DNA from: an uncultured Planctomycetaceae bacterium
GTDB lineage: Bacteria; Planctomycetota; Planctomycetia; Planctomycetales; Planctomycetaceae
Length of the DNA stretch: 64,000 nucleotides
Assembly: GCA_963815195.1 (NCBI GenBank)
Contig: CAWFGE010000019.1
Span: 160,001 to 224,000 of the forward strand
Reading direction: 5' to 3'
Shown here piece by piece: positions 33,503-44,838 of this stretch. A program made the translations under genes and the position numbers. Position 1 is the stretch's first letter. Each line of letters opens with the position of its first letter. Under the pieces are notes generated by a model. The model ran no database searches. It was not told the origin of the DNA and worked only from the letters and a program-made list of their open reading frames with translations.

Positions 33503-36500
33503 GGAATCGTCCGCTGAGGATGACTCGAGCCGATCGACCCGCGATTGATAAACCTGCGCGCCGGTCCGCTGGAAGCATTCGCGCGCATCCAGACGGTGAA
33601 GGATCCGATCCGGATCTTCGTCGGGAAGACCTTCGGCAAGTTCCAGGTGCAAGAGGCCTTCCTCGAAGGGCATGCGGAATTTCTTGGCGAGCCGCAGGGC
33701 CTTGTTCCAGCATCGGACGGCTTTTTTTCGTCGGCCCTGCTGCTGGTGGAATTGGCCTTCGTGCAATCCGGAGCGAACTCGGCCGACCGGATACATCACG
33801 CCGAATTCCCACAGCGACCGCCGGACCGCCTTGATCCGCCTTTCCAGATTTTGGCGTTGCTCCGGATCCGTCTCCTCGGACCAGAGGCCGTGATAGATCA
33901 TGAAGATTGCCGAATACGCCGGCAGCACGAAATGGCTGATCTGGTTGGATTCCGCGATCACGGTGCTCGTTCGCTCGGCCTCTTCAAACGCGGCTCGTTT
34001 TTCTCCCAGTCGCCATAGCGCCTCGCCGAGCATCCCCTGCCCGAGAATCTGATCGGCCGGCGTGATGTCGTTGTGTTTAAGACATTCCTGAAGCTCCTCC
34101 GCCAATTCGCGAATCGGGTCGGCGTCCTGGGATCGGGCGAGCAGGCACCGGAGCCGCCAGGTTAAGCCCCACAGTTGAATCTGCGGCATGCGGTCGCGCC
34201 GGCCGGCTTTGAGCATCTCTCCCGCGTACTTCTCGCACCGCGCCAACTCGCCCCGCCGCCAACTGCAGATGACATAGGTGTATGTGCTTTCGGCCCATCG
34301 CCGGCGCGCGCCGATGCCTTCGGCCAACGCCATGGCGCGGGTGACGATCTCATCGGCCGCGTCCCATTCTCCGACGGTCGCCCAATAGATTCCCACGATC
34401 AAGCCGACGTAGGACGTGCAGTCGGGATCGTTGACTTCCGCCGCCACTTGATGGGCACGTTCGGCATAGAGCCTCGCCCTTCGGTGCAGCATCAACAAGC
34501 CCGCAACGACCGCGGCATTCGCGTAGCAGCGGGCCAGCACGGACGACGGACCGACGGCATCCGCGAGGTTCAGTGCCTTGAACACGGCGTGAATCGTCGG
34601 CAGCCGGGCATTGTTGAGGTAGTGGATCTGAGCCAACCGTTCGTAACACTGGGCGGCTTGCAGCAAACGCGCGGGATGGTTCGCCGGCCGCCGGGGGAGC
34701 AATCGCAACAACCACCCGAGCCCGCACTGTTTGCCGAACTCCAGGAGCGTGCTGGCGATCGTGCCCGCGCGGTTTTGCGAAAAGGGAAACCCAAGCCGAT
34801 CGAGTGCCGACCGAAAATGCTCGAGGCTCGCCGCCAAATCGCCGATGTTGTAGCACGCCTCGGCCACCTGCCGTTCCCATTGGGTCCGCTGCTCCAAAGG
34901 CACGAGCTCGCCGCCGGCGTCGTCGATCTCCATCGCCTGGCGGAAGAACTGAATCACCTCGGCATTGGCAAATTGCCTGGCCGCGCTCTCGCCGGATTTT
35001 TCCAGATACTCGAGGGCCTTGGCGGTCTGGTCGGTGCGGCTCCAATGCTTGGCCAACAGCGCAAAAAACGGAGCCAGGTCCTCCCCGTGCTCCCGTTCGT
35101 ACCACTCGGCAATCGAGCGGTGAAGTGTCTGGCGCTGCGTGGGCGGGATGAGATCGTAGGCGACTTCCTGCGTGATCACGTGCCGAAACTGGTAGTCGTG
35201 CTCATTGTCCAGATCGTGGGCCGTGATCAGATCCCGCCGCGTGAGTGCCTGGAAGCTGGCGGGTTGCAGCGGGCGGTCCTCTTCCACGGGGAACATATCT
35301 TTCAAGATTCTGCAGGAGAACGATCGGCCGACGACGCTCGCCACTTTCAGCGTCAGTTGCTCGCCGGGCACGAGCCGGTCGATGCGGCTCGTCACCACGC
35401 CTTGCACCGTGTCCGGGAAACCGAGATTGGACAGGTCGGAGTCCGACGTCAACACGCAGCGGCCGCCGGCGATTTCGATCGCCCCGGCATCGCGGAGCGC
35501 AAACGCCAGTTCCTCTCCGAACAGCGGATTGCCCTGGGCTTTCGCGCGGATCAAATCCGCGACCTGCCGGGGCAGTTCGTTCGCGCCCAAGCTCCGGCAG
35601 ACCAGCGTTTCCACGTCGTCTTCCGACAACGGGGCGAGCGAAATCCGCGTGATGTTTTTCTGCTTCTGGATCCGCAGATAATCCCCGGGCGGCTTGTCGC
35701 CGAGCGGCCGGGTGACGATGAACAGCAAAAAATCGTCTGCCGACTCCGCGACCATTCGCGTGAGCGTCCACGAAGCCGAGTCCATCCAGTGGCAGTCTTC
35801 GAGAATGATCTGAACGGAGTGGAGGCCGGCTTCGATCTTCAACAGCCGCCTGAGCAAATCGTTCGTCATCGTGACGCGGGCTTCCTGGGTCAGCTGCGAA
35901 GTGAGTTCATTGTCGGAAAGCTCGGTCGCCAGCACGGGATTGAGCAGCGGCGCAAGTTCGGCGGAGAGGCCGTGCTTCTCGAGCAGATTGGGCAAGTGGT
36001 TTCCCAGATCGACGGTTTGCAAGGAGTCTCCATCGGAGCCTTCGACGGGAAACAGAGCGCGAAACACGCCGCGCCAGGCGAAGTAGGGCGTGGAGCGTTC
36101 GATGTCCAAGGCGGTGCCGATGTAGGTCGTCATGTCTTTGGTTTTCGCCCCTTCGCGGAGCGCCGCGACCAGGCGGGACTTCCCGATGCCCGGTTCGCCG
36201 TCCACGATGGCGATGGAACCTTTCGACTGCTCGATGAGCAGCCGCTGGAGCGCGTCCAGCCGGCGTTGTTCGCCTTCGCGGCCGATCATGGGTGTGAGGC
36301 TTCGCGGATTGACCGTCGACCGCCGCTTGCGCGGGGCGGTACACCGGCACCGGGGCGGACTTGCCTTTGAGAGTCACGGGCGGAAGCGTCTCGAAATCCC
36401 ACCGCCGCCGGGCCGCGGCAAACGTGGCCTCATCGCAGAGGATGTCCCCTTTGGCGGCCTGCATCAAGCGGGCGGAAAGATTGACCACGTCGCCGATCAT

Positions 36501-37610
36501 CGTGTACTCGCAGCGCCGGCGATTGCCGATGATGCCGCAAAACACCCGGCCGCTCGTGACGCCCACCGAGCACGCCCGCCCGAGCGCCGCAAGGCCGGAC
36601 TTGATGTCCACGGCTGCCAAGACGCCGCGGAGTTCATCGTCTTCGTGCGCCAAGGGCGGCAAGCCCAGCGCCGCGACGAAGGTGATGCCTTTGTCGTCCG
36701 CGCTCAACTTGTTGACGCTGCCCTCGTAGCGGTAGAGCGCGGTCTGCAAGGCCTCCATCACGCGCTGCGCTTCGGGCAGCGGCGTTTGACAAGTCAACTC
36801 CGGGAGGTTGATGAACAGCACCGTCAGCCGGCGGAGTTCCCCCAACCAATTTGCATGCCCGCCTTCGAGCCGCTTGTGAATCGCCGCCGGGATGTAGCCC
36901 AGGATCTTCGACTCCGCCGCTTGATCGAGTTCCGGAATCTCCTGCGGCTCGAACGACGGATCGGTCGACAAGGCCTCCAACCGCAACTGGCGGCCGGAGA
37001 GCCGCCGGCCCAGGGCGGAATCGGCCAAAAGTTCCAATGCATTCGGTCCCAAAACAACGTCGCCGCGGTCGGCGGCGTCCGCGGCGTCCGTGGCTTCGGC
37101 GATCGGACTTCCGGAGACCACATATTCCCATCGCCCGAACATCCCGCCCACGCTCGCCGTGCCGATTTCCCCGGTGCCGATGCCGATGCGGAGCGACAGC
37201 TTGTCCCCATCTTTGGTTTTGCGGTCGCGCAATCGGCTTTGAGCCGCCAGCCCGCAGCGAGCCGCCGCCTGCACCGAATCGGCGAGTTCTCCCTGGGCAG
37301 CCGGCCAGACGGCGAGCAACGCATCGCCGGCAAACTTGACGATGTCTCCACCGGACGACATCACAATTTCGATGAGGTCGCCGAAATAGTCATTGAGGGT
37401 TTGCGTCAGTTCCTCCACACCGGCGGAGCCGCGCTGACCCAGCCGTTCACTCAGGCTGGTGAACCCGGAAATATCGGCGAACAGCACCGTCCCGGCGAAC
37501 AGGTCCTTCCGCGGAGCCAGTTGATCGCCGTCGCCGTCGGCCAGTTGCCTGAGCACTTCCAAAGGGAGGAACCGCGAAAGATTATCAGCACGGGAAGTTG
37601 TGGACACCAT
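33353..37610 (-). CDS. Class III adenylate/guanylate cyclase (two cyclase domains) + STAND/AAA ATPase + TPR region, soluble adenylyl cyclase-like; frameshift near 36295
   Basis: FADISGFT, DIVKFAGDA, DDKG, YTMIGDVVNLSARLM; Walker A GEPGIGKS; ILEDCHWMD; GNPLF; RIDRL; YQFRH; helical repeats. Confidence 0.88.
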
Positions 37611-37890
37611 GCCGGCCCGCTCCATGGAAGATGGGAGGAAGAATCCCGCCCCCCGGCGATGCCCGATTGATTCTCGGCGAGACGGGAGCGTGGAATGACG
37701 CAAACAACCCGAACGGATTTCGGGTGCTTAAACATGGCATTCGGCTCAACGTTCTGCGGAAGCACGTTTCTTTTTTGCATCAAAACCCGGCCGCAGAAAA
37801 CCAATTGGCCCTCAGAACGCAATGCTTCGCTATAACGCGACACCGGAAAAAACCGGAAAATCGATTTGATCGTTACAGCTTTACGGTCGG

Positions 37891-38835
37891 CTAACGTTCC
37901 CGCCAAAGCACCGCGTCGGCGATGCCGAGCTGTTGTTGGACCTCCGCAATGTCCTTGCGAAACCGGCGGGCGTCCGTCGGATAACCCTTGGTGGGTTTTA
38001 GATCGGGAAGATGGGTTTGCCAGAAGCGGTTAAAAGTGATCATGGCGACTTCGCGGAGATATTTCGAGATCATCGAGGCCGCCGCGACCGGGAAATGTGA
38101 TTCCGCTTTCGTTTGAAAACATAGCTCCGTCCGCCCCACGCGATACCGGCTGCGGGCGGTCCCCTCGTCCAGGCGGAAGATAAACTGGCCGTCGAGCACC
38201 TCCGCCAGCAGCTCATCATACCGGTTCCGCCCGCCGTGCTTGTCGGCGACGATCGACACCGGCTCGGGGTGTTCGGGATCCCAAAGGGTCCTCAAAAGCG
38301 CCAGGCTCATCCGCGACAACGCGAGCCCCTTGCTGCCGTATCGATCGACGGTGCGGTTATATCGCTCGGTGAAAACGACATCGCTCGCAACGCCCCGCAG
38401 GCTGACGCCCGCGTCGTCGCAGGTCCTTTGCCACTGGGCCGGGAGTTCCTCATCGAGGGGACTCACCGCGGGCAGAATCAGATCATCAGCAAACCAAGGT
38501 TCGTTCTTCGCGTGCTGCCGGCAACCCGGAGCCAGGGCGTCCAAGAGTTCGTGAAAGCCTTTCGAAGCCGCACAAAACGTGCTCGCGAGTGTGTGGACCG
38601 CCTCTTCCAGGTCGCCGAGTCCGCGGGACGGCGTGTAGACCTTTTTCGAGTCCCCGACATAAATGCGGCCCGGCGGTTTTTGTTTTTCGTCCATCGTCGC
38701 CACGGCGGGGCTCAGGGCGTCCCAAAGATCGATTTCAAAGGGAGAACCGGGAACTTCCCAGGCGGTGACGGTGATGACGAGCGGTCCGAGGTTCGGCCCA
38801 TATCCCGCTTCGTCCATCCCCAACACCAGGCCCAT
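37891..38835 (-). CDS. Ribonuclease HII-like protein
   Basis: GMDEAGYGPNLGPL, GDSKK, ADKHGGR, VAAASMISKYLRE, KGYPTD. Confidence 0.8.
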   Translation of the reverse strand: MGLVLGMDEAGYGPNLGPLVITVTAWEVPGSPFEIDLWDALSPAVATMDEKQKPPGRIYVGDSKKVYTPSRGLGDLEEAVHTLASTFCAASKGFHELLDALAPGCRQHAKNEPWFADDLILPAVSPLDEELPAQWQRTCDDAGVSLRGVASDVVFTERYNRTVDRYGSKGLALSRMSLALLRTLWDPEHPEPVSIVADKHGGRNRYDELLAEVLDGQFIFRLDEGTARSRYRVGRTELCFQTKAESHFPVAAASMISKYLREVAMITFNRFWQTHLPDLKPTKGYPTDARRFRKDIAEVQQQLGIADAVLWRER

Positions 38836-38895
38836 GTTCGCTCCTCATACTGATTCGATGAAGTCCATGCCGCTAGATCAACCGCCCCAGACATC

Positions 38896-39771
38896 TTACA
38901 AAGCGCTCGTGCCATAATATCGTTCTACCGGCAGGCCGGTTTTTTGGGCGACGGTCTCGGCGATCGCGTCCACCTCGGCGTCGGCGAGCGGGGCGACGTA
39001 GGACTCGGCGGGTTGGCGGGCGATGGTGTAGATCTGGATGAGCTTCAAGCGGCCGCCGGCTTCGGTGATTTCGTTGAGTCGCTCGCAGTAAGCGGCGATT
39101 TCCTCAGGCGCCGGGGGGATGTTTTCGATTCGCATGAACAGCGTTTGAATTACCAAGGAGCGGACCTTCGCGGCGGCGGTGATGTTCTCCAGCACCTGCC
39201 GAAACGGGATCTTTGTCCGCTCCACAAGCTGGTAATAATCGTCGGTGCCTGCGTCGAGCTTGGCCCAGATCTCGCCGTTGTTCTGGTCGAGGATTTCCAA
39301 GCCGGCTTTCACCGCCGGGCGGTGGAACATGCTCGCATTGGTGATCAGCACCATGTTCACGCCGGACAGGCCGTGTTGTCTTTTCAGCTCGGCCACGGAC
39401 CGCATGAGTTCATCAAAGTTGCGGTACGTCGTCGGCTCGCCGTCGCCCGAGAATGCGATGTCGTTCAACCGGCGGAGCGGTTCGGGGACATCGGCGAATT
39501 TCTCGTCCCGGTAAATTTCGCCGGTCTTGACGAACCCGAGCATGTGATCGAGTTCGGCCATCAAGCGATCCATCTCCACGAACCGCGTCTCGGCTTCGCT
39601 TCGCCGGTCGACCTGGCAGTAGATGCAATCGAAGTTGCAGACTTTGTCCGGGTTGAGGTTCACCCCAATCGAAATCCCCTTGCTCCGCCGGGAGAGCACG
39701 GGGTACACGAATTTGTTCTCGTGATACGAGCGGGAATGATCGGTATAAAGCGGCAGAGCAGGATTTGGCAT
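38896..39771 (-). CDS. Radical SAM protein (COG0731/Tyw1-like Fe-S oxidoreductase)
   Basis: YPVLSRRSKGISIGVNL, CNFDCIYC (CxxxCxxC), FSGDGEPT, LITNA, AKLDAG. Confidence 0.88.
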   Translation of the reverse strand: MPNPALPLYTDHSRSYHENKFVYPVLSRRSKGISIGVNLNPDKVCNFDCIYCQVDRRSEAETRFVEMDRLMAELDHMLGFVKTGEIYRDEKFADVPEPLRRLNDIAFSGDGEPTTYRNFDELMRSVAELKRQHGLSGVNMVLITNASMFHRPAVKAGLEILDQNNGEIWAKLDAGTDDYYQLVERTKIPFRQVLENITAAAKVRSLVIQTLFMRIENIPPAPEEIAAYCERLNEITEAGGRLKLIQIYTIARQPAESYVAPLADAEVDAIAETVAQKTGLPVERYYGTSAL

Positions 39772-39835
39772 GGCGTTTCGTTAGGATTCGGGAATAAGGA
39801 ACGTGAAGAAAATAACTTCAACATGGGGACAAAAA

Positions 39836-39864
39836 GGCGAGCGGGGGGCGTAAGCCCCCTGGTT
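39836..39864. repeat. REP-like palindrome, same family as 25562-25590
   Basis: GGCGAGCGGGGGGCGTAAGCCCCCTGGTT. Confidence 0.7.
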
Positions 39865-40023
39865 ATGTCGAGTCGTTCAATATCTTAGATTATTTCCTTG
39901 GCGATCCTAAAGAAGGCCGAATTCAACCTTATCGGGATTCTATTTTAGTGACGCCGCGACGGCATCGCGATGTGGGCGGCCGGATCTCCCATCGCTCGAC
40001 TTGATTTCCTCCGTCGCCACGAT

Positions 40024-41589
40024 TTACTTCTTTCCCGCCGCAAAGGCAGCTTGCAGCTTCGGGTGGGACAGATCGAGCCGGTACATGATTTGGTTGTAGT
40101 TATACCGCGGCGTGGCGGGGGAGTTGGTGAAGGTGTTCGCGTAGGTGCCTTCAAAATAAATCATCCGCCCGCCCTCTTCATTGAAGAAGGGATGATGGCA
40201 GGGATTGTAGAAGCTCTGCTTGTTGTGCGTCACGATCCGCACCGCTTGGCGGAACGGGCCTTGGGGCGACGGGGCTTCGGAATACCACACCTCGCCCAAC
40301 ATCGACGGGCTGCTCTTGTCGAAGCTCTGCTCGATGGCGATCAAGATGTACCGCTTGCGAAACGGGTTCCAATAGACGCTGCCGGTGTGCATCAGGATGT
40401 GACGACTCGGGTTCTCCGCATCGACGGGCAGATACCGCGCTTCTTCGGGGCGGATGAGTCCCTGCTTGAGCCAGCGCTGTTCCGTTTTCTGCGTCACCGG
40501 CGGACCGGCTTGCCAACGCCAATCGAGTTCGCCCGATTCTTTCCGGCGGGGCCGGGCGGTTTCCGGATGGGATTGAGGATCGACGCAGGACCAGGATTCA
40601 TATTTCGACGGATCCAGCACCGCGGAGAGTTCCGCCCGCACCCGCGTGACGGGAAAGGGAATCCCGCACATCAGATAATCCGTGTCTCCGTCGCGGACCG
40701 GGATCGGGTGATTCTGCAGAGACCGCCACTCATCGTCTACGGGGAGATGCGTTTCGACTTCAAAGAGTTCCCGTTGATCGTTGTACAACATCATGCCCTG
40801 CTCGTAAGCCTTCGCCAAACCGGGCCGGCGGGAGAAGTGCCCCACCAGACGCGTTTTGCCCCCGGCGTCGTTCACCGTGCAAACGCCGTCGATCCAAACG
40901 ACGCCCTTGGAATTTTCGACCTCTGCCATCGCCCGCGCGAAGCCATCTTTGCCGGTGAAGTAGTCGTAGTTGATGCCCTCGGCCGGCGGCAAGTCACTTT
41001 TAACAGGCAGCGGCGATGTGCCGCCCGCCATGCGGAACAATCCCAAAGGATAGGACAAGCGGTTGGTGTCGCCCCAGAACCAGTAAATCTTGCCGCCGTA
41101 AACCGCGGCTTGCACCGAATCCTGCCCCGCGACTTTGCCCGCACCCAAGGGCTCTTTGAGCGGCGTTTTCTTTCCAAGCAGCACCGAATCCCGATACAGC
41201 CCCTGCCCCGTCGCCCGGTACAACCGCTCGGCGAGGTTGATCCGCTCCAAAGCAATCGCCCTAGTCTGGCCCGGCTCGATCTTGAGCCGCACGCCGGCGA
41301 TGCCGAAGCCGTCTTTCGGCACGTTGTAGCCCGGGGCTTCGATGCGGAAGAAAATCGTCTGCCCGGCGTGTCCTGGTTCCGAGTAGGCAATCCGCCCCGC
41401 GTTGTCGGTGACGTAGCGGACATCGTTGACCGTGACCAACTCCACCAAAGGCACGCCTCGCTTGGTCTCCTGGTCGATGACCTGAATCTCAAAATACAGG
41501 GCAGGCTCGGCAGCCGAACTTCCAGAAATCGTCCCCAACAACGCGGCCAGGAAGCACACAGCGAGCGGTCGATTGACTTTCATCTTCAT
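40024..41589 (-). CDS. Secreted conserved hypothetical protein (N-terminal beta-sandwich, probable beta-propeller)
   Basis: Signal peptide; RGVPLVEL, AERLYRATGQG, WFWGDTNR, FYNPCHHPF, IYFEGTY, TPRYNYNQIMYRLDL. Confidence 0.75.
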   Translation of the reverse strand: MKMKVNRPLAVCFLAALLGTISGSSAAEPALYFEIQVIDQETKRGVPLVELVTVNDVRYVTDNAGRIAYSEPGHAGQTIFFRIEAPGYNVPKDGFGIAGVRLKIEPGQTRAIALERINLAERLYRATGQGLYRDSVLLGKKTPLKEPLGAGKVAGQDSVQAAVYGGKIYWFWGDTNRLSYPLGLFRMAGGTSPLPVKSDLPPAEGINYDYFTGKDGFARAMAEVENSKGVVWIDGVCTVNDAGGKTRLVGHFSRRPGLAKAYEQGMMLYNDQRELFEVETHLPVDDEWRSLQNHPIPVRDGDTDYLMCGIPFPVTRVRAELSAVLDPSKYESWSCVDPQSHPETARPRRKESGELDWRWQAGPPVTQKTEQRWLKQGLIRPEEARYLPVDAENPSRHILMHTGSVYWNPFRKRYILIAIEQSFDKSSPSMLGEVWYSEAPSPQGPFRQAVRIVTHNKQSFYNPCHHPFFNEEGGRMIYFEGTYANTFTNSPATPRYNYNQIMYRLDLSHPKLQAAFAAGKK

Positions 41590-41622
41590 ATCACCGATTG
41601 TTAATGCAATGAGTTTGGTTTT

Positions 41623-41646
41623 CGTAGCGGTGGCTTCCAGCCGCCG
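41623..41646. repeat. GTAG-REP-like element
   Basis: CGTAGCGGTGGCTTCCAGCCGCCG; its reverse complement with 1 mismatch lies at 47249-47272. Confidence 0.7.
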
Positions 41647-41721
41647 ACCGGACCGTTTCATAGGTTCATTAAGGCAAACTTCCGCCAAAATGAAAACCCC
41701 CATGATAAAAGGGCGAGCGAT

Positions 41722-43422
41722 ATGGTGCGATGGATCTTGTTGGGATTGACCTTATTCGGATCGGCGGGGCCCGTGCTGGCTCAACCGTCCGCATCCTCGA
41801 ATGATAAAACGCAGCCGTTCTTCGTGTTTCGCGATGCGACCGAAGAAGCCGGGATCTTGCCCGCGGCGAAGGGCATCATGGGGCATGGAGCGGGTTGGGG
41901 GGATGTCAACGGCGACGGCTGGCCCGACTTGTACGTCGCGACGTTCCATTACCCGGACACCCAGCCGAATTTGCTGTTCCTCAATCATCAGGGACATTTC
42001 GAGCAGGCCGACCAGAAATCTGTGCGGATTTCCACGCGGGCGACCGGGGTGATGCTCGCCGACCTGGACAACGACGGCGACTTGGATCTGTATGTCGCCA
42101 GCATGCCCGGCCCCGCCGGCAGCAAGCTCGCCGAGCGCAACGGCCACCCTTTCGCCGGGTGTTCGCTGTTTCGAAACGAAGGCGGCGGAAAATTCACCGA
42201 CATCTCCCAAGGCAACGGAGCCTGCCCGCCCGCGTTCGGCGGTCGCAGCACCGCGGTCCTCGATTACGACGGCGACGGATTTCTCGATCTGCTCGTCGGC
42301 GAAGATCCCATTCCCGGCTACAACGGCTCTAAAACCAAGACCTCCAAGCTGTTCCACAACGAAGGCGGCCTCAAGTTCCGCGATGTCTCCCGCGAGGCCG
42401 GGATTTCCGAAGACCACGCGGGCCTCGGCGTGGCGGCGGCGGATGTCAATGCCGACGGCTGGCCCGATTTCTTCCTGGTGTCCACCTTGGGGATTCATCT
42501 CTACTTGAACGACGGCCACGGCAAGTTTCACGAGGCCCCCGAAGTCAGCCGGGTCATGGCGTGGCCCAAAGCCAAGGGCGACGACATGGTCTGCGGCGTC
42601 GCGGTCGGAGATGTCAACGGCGACGCCCGGCCGGATGTCGTCCTCGGCCAGCATTTCAGCCGGCCCTGGCTCGAAGGCGTGGCGAACCGGCTGTATCTCA
42701 ACCGGGGCGTTGTAGACGGTGTGCCCGAGTTTGAAGATGTCACCGAAGCCGCCGGTTTAATCCCCCTGCCAATGAAAGGCCCGCACGTCGAAATTCAGGA
42801 TTTCGACAACGACGGCCGGCCCGACATTTACACGAGCATCGTCAAGTTCAAGGACGGAAAATCCTACCCGGTGATCTTTAAGAACCTCAGCGAGCGAGAC
42901 GGCCGGCCTCGCTTCGAAGAACGCGCGCTCGGCGTCAATGATTTTCCCACCGCGGAAGACAAGGCGGTCAAACGGACGGGCACGTTTTTCGACAAGATGG
43001 TCGCCGACCGCAAAATCATCTACACCGCGCCGGGGCCTGCCTGCGATTACGACCGCGACGGGCGGTTGGATTTATTCCTGGCAAACTGGTGGGCCGAGTC
43101 GCCTTCGATGCTGCTGCACAACGAAACGCCCGGCGGCAATTGGCTGGACGTGAAAGTCCAAGGCAAGGACGGCGTGAACCGCATGGGCATCGGCTCCCGC
43201 GTGTTTGTTTACTCGGCGGGAAAGGCGGGAGACGAGAAATCACTCCTCGGCGTTCGCGAGATCTCCAAGGGCTTTGGTTACGCTTCCTCCCAAGAAGCCG
43301 TCGCCCATTTCGGTTTGGGAAAAACCGACTTCGTGGATCTCGTCATTGCACTGCCCCACCGCAAGGGGACGCTGACGAAGAAGAACATCAAAACCAACCA
43401 GCGCATTACCATCAAACAATAA
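41722..43422 (+). CDS. CRTAC1-family protein (FG-GAP/VCBS repeats + ASPIC/UnbV domain)
   Basis: Repeated DxxxDGxxD motifs (DVNGDGWPDL, DLDNDGDLDL, DYDGDGFLDL, DFDNDGRPDI); NWLDVKV, NRMGIGSRV, AHFGLG. Confidence 0.9.
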   Translation: MVRWILLGLTLFGSAGPVLAQPSASSNDKTQPFFVFRDATEEAGILPAAKGIMGHGAGWGDVNGDGWPDLYVATFHYPDTQPNLLFLNHQGHFEQADQKSVRISTRATGVMLADLDNDGDLDLYVASMPGPAGSKLAERNGHPFAGCSLFRNEGGGKFTDISQGNGACPPAFGGRSTAVLDYDGDGFLDLLVGEDPIPGYNGSKTKTSKLFHNEGGLKFRDVSREAGISEDHAGLGVAAADVNADGWPDFFLVSTLGIHLYLNDGHGKFHEAPEVSRVMAWPKAKGDDMVCGVAVGDVNGDARPDVVLGQHFSRPWLEGVANRLYLNRGVVDGVPEFEDVTEAAGLIPLPMKGPHVEIQDFDNDGRPDIYTSIVKFKDGKSYPVIFKNLSERDGRPRFEERALGVNDFPTAEDKAVKRTGTFFDKMVADRKIIYTAPGPACDYDRDGRLDLFLANWWAESPSMLLHNETPGGNWLDVKVQGKDGVNRMGIGSRVFVYSAGKAGDEKSLLGVREISKGFGYASSQEAVAHFGLGKTDFVDLVIALPHRKGTLTKKNIKTNQRITIKQ

Positions 43423-43445
43423 TCCGCCATTCGCACAGGGGAAAG

Positions 43446-44825
43446 ATGATGTTGATCTCTTCGATTCAGAACCGACTTTTTCAGACGGCCCTTTTGGGGT
43501 TGCTGCTCAACACGGCGGCTCTCTTCGCACAAAAGAAGGCGGAGGACTTGACGTTTCCGCCGAAGCTGCCGGGCGGGAAGACCGTCGTCACCGACAAATC
43601 CGCGGAGTTTTTGAAGCCGGCGGACACGTTGAAAGACGGTGTCGCGATTGCCAAGACGCCGCCGACGGTGGATTTTCTGTTTTATCCCGGACAGAACTAT
43701 CCCGGCAAACCCTGGTCGAACTGGGGCGACTCGATCGCGGCGGACGGGAAATATTACTCGGCCATCGGCGATCATCTGGCGATCAACGGCAAAGGCGACG
43801 GAACCCACGGCACCGGAACCGGGCATGTCTTCGAGTACGATCCGCAGACGAAACAACTCCGCGAACTGGTCGATCTCGCGGCGTTCCTCAAACTGCCCGA
43901 AGGCCATTACACGCCGGGCAAAATCCACACGCCCTTGGCGATGGGCAGCGACGGCTGGTTGTATTACGCCACGCATCGCGGCTCCCCCCGCGCGACCACG
44001 GCCGAGTTTCATTACGAGGGCGATTGGATTTTCCGCACCAATCCCAAAACCGCAAAAACGGAGATCGTGGCCCACGCCCCGGTGCCCAAGCATTCCATCC
44101 CCGCCGCGACCTTCGATCCCGACCGCCTGATTTTCTACGGAGCCACCGCCCCGGCCGTCGATCGCGAAGAGGAAGGCATCCGCTTTTTCGCCTACGACTG
44201 CAAAAACCACAAGCTCTTGTACTCCGGTCCCAATGGCCCGGCCCGGTATCTGATGTTCGCCCGCTCCACCGGCCGGGTGTATTATGTGCCGGGAGCCCAG
44301 GAAGGTGAGTTGATGCGGTTCGATCCGGAAGTCGGCAAGCCGCAAAAAGTCGAAGGCAGCCGCATCGGCATCCGCGCCGCCACAGAGGAACCGCGCGACG
44401 GATTGATTTATACCGTCTCCATTGGCCAGCGTTCCTCCGATGCCGACGTCTGGTCCTTTAACACGAAGACCGAGGAGACGAAAAAGATCGGCACGGCGGC
44501 GGTGGGCGGGCAAGCTTATGTCGCCTCGATCGATGCCGACCCCAGCGGGCGGTATTTGTATTACGTTCCCGGAGCCCACGGCGGCAGCGACCGCGACGGC
44601 ACCGCGGTCGCGCAGTTCGACGTCAAGACCGGCAAGAAAAAGGTCATTGCGTTTCTGGAGCCGTTTTACACCAAGAAATACGGCTTCACGCTCAAAGGCA
44701 CTTACGCCACGGCGGTAAGTGCCGAGGGCGATAAGCTGTACGTCACGTGGAACGTCAGCCGAGGCAGCCGGGCCTGGGACTGCTGCGGGATGACGGTGAT
44801 CCACATCCCCGAATCCGAGCGGTAA
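43446..44825 (+). CDS. Secreted conserved hypothetical protein, probable beta-propeller
   Basis: Signal peptide; WSNWGD, YYSAIGDH, GKIHT, DGWLYYATHRGS, YLYYVPGAHG. Follows the CRTAC1 gene by 23 bp. Confidence 0.7.
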   Translation: MMLISSIQNRLFQTALLGLLLNTAALFAQKKAEDLTFPPKLPGGKTVVTDKSAEFLKPADTLKDGVAIAKTPPTVDFLFYPGQNYPGKPWSNWGDSIAADGKYYSAIGDHLAINGKGDGTHGTGTGHVFEYDPQTKQLRELVDLAAFLKLPEGHYTPGKIHTPLAMGSDGWLYYATHRGSPRATTAEFHYEGDWIFRTNPKTAKTEIVAHAPVPKHSIPAATFDPDRLIFYGATAPAVDREEEGIRFFAYDCKNHKLLYSGPNGPARYLMFARSTGRVYYVPGAQEGELMRFDPEVGKPQKVEGSRIGIRAATEEPRDGLIYTVSIGQRSSDADVWSFNTKTEETKKIGTAAVGGQAYVASIDADPSGRYLYYVPGAHGGSDRDGTAVAQFDVKTGKKKVIAFLEPFYTKKYGFTLKGTYATAVSAEGDKLYVTWNVSRGSRAWDCCGMTVIHIPESER

Positions 44826-44838
44826 GGATCCCTCGATC

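Noticed and set aside
33353..37610. Avs/CBASS/Pycsar-type antiphage system
   Set aside because: There is no adjacent effector gene or defence-island context; the architecture fits sAC-like signalling proteins.
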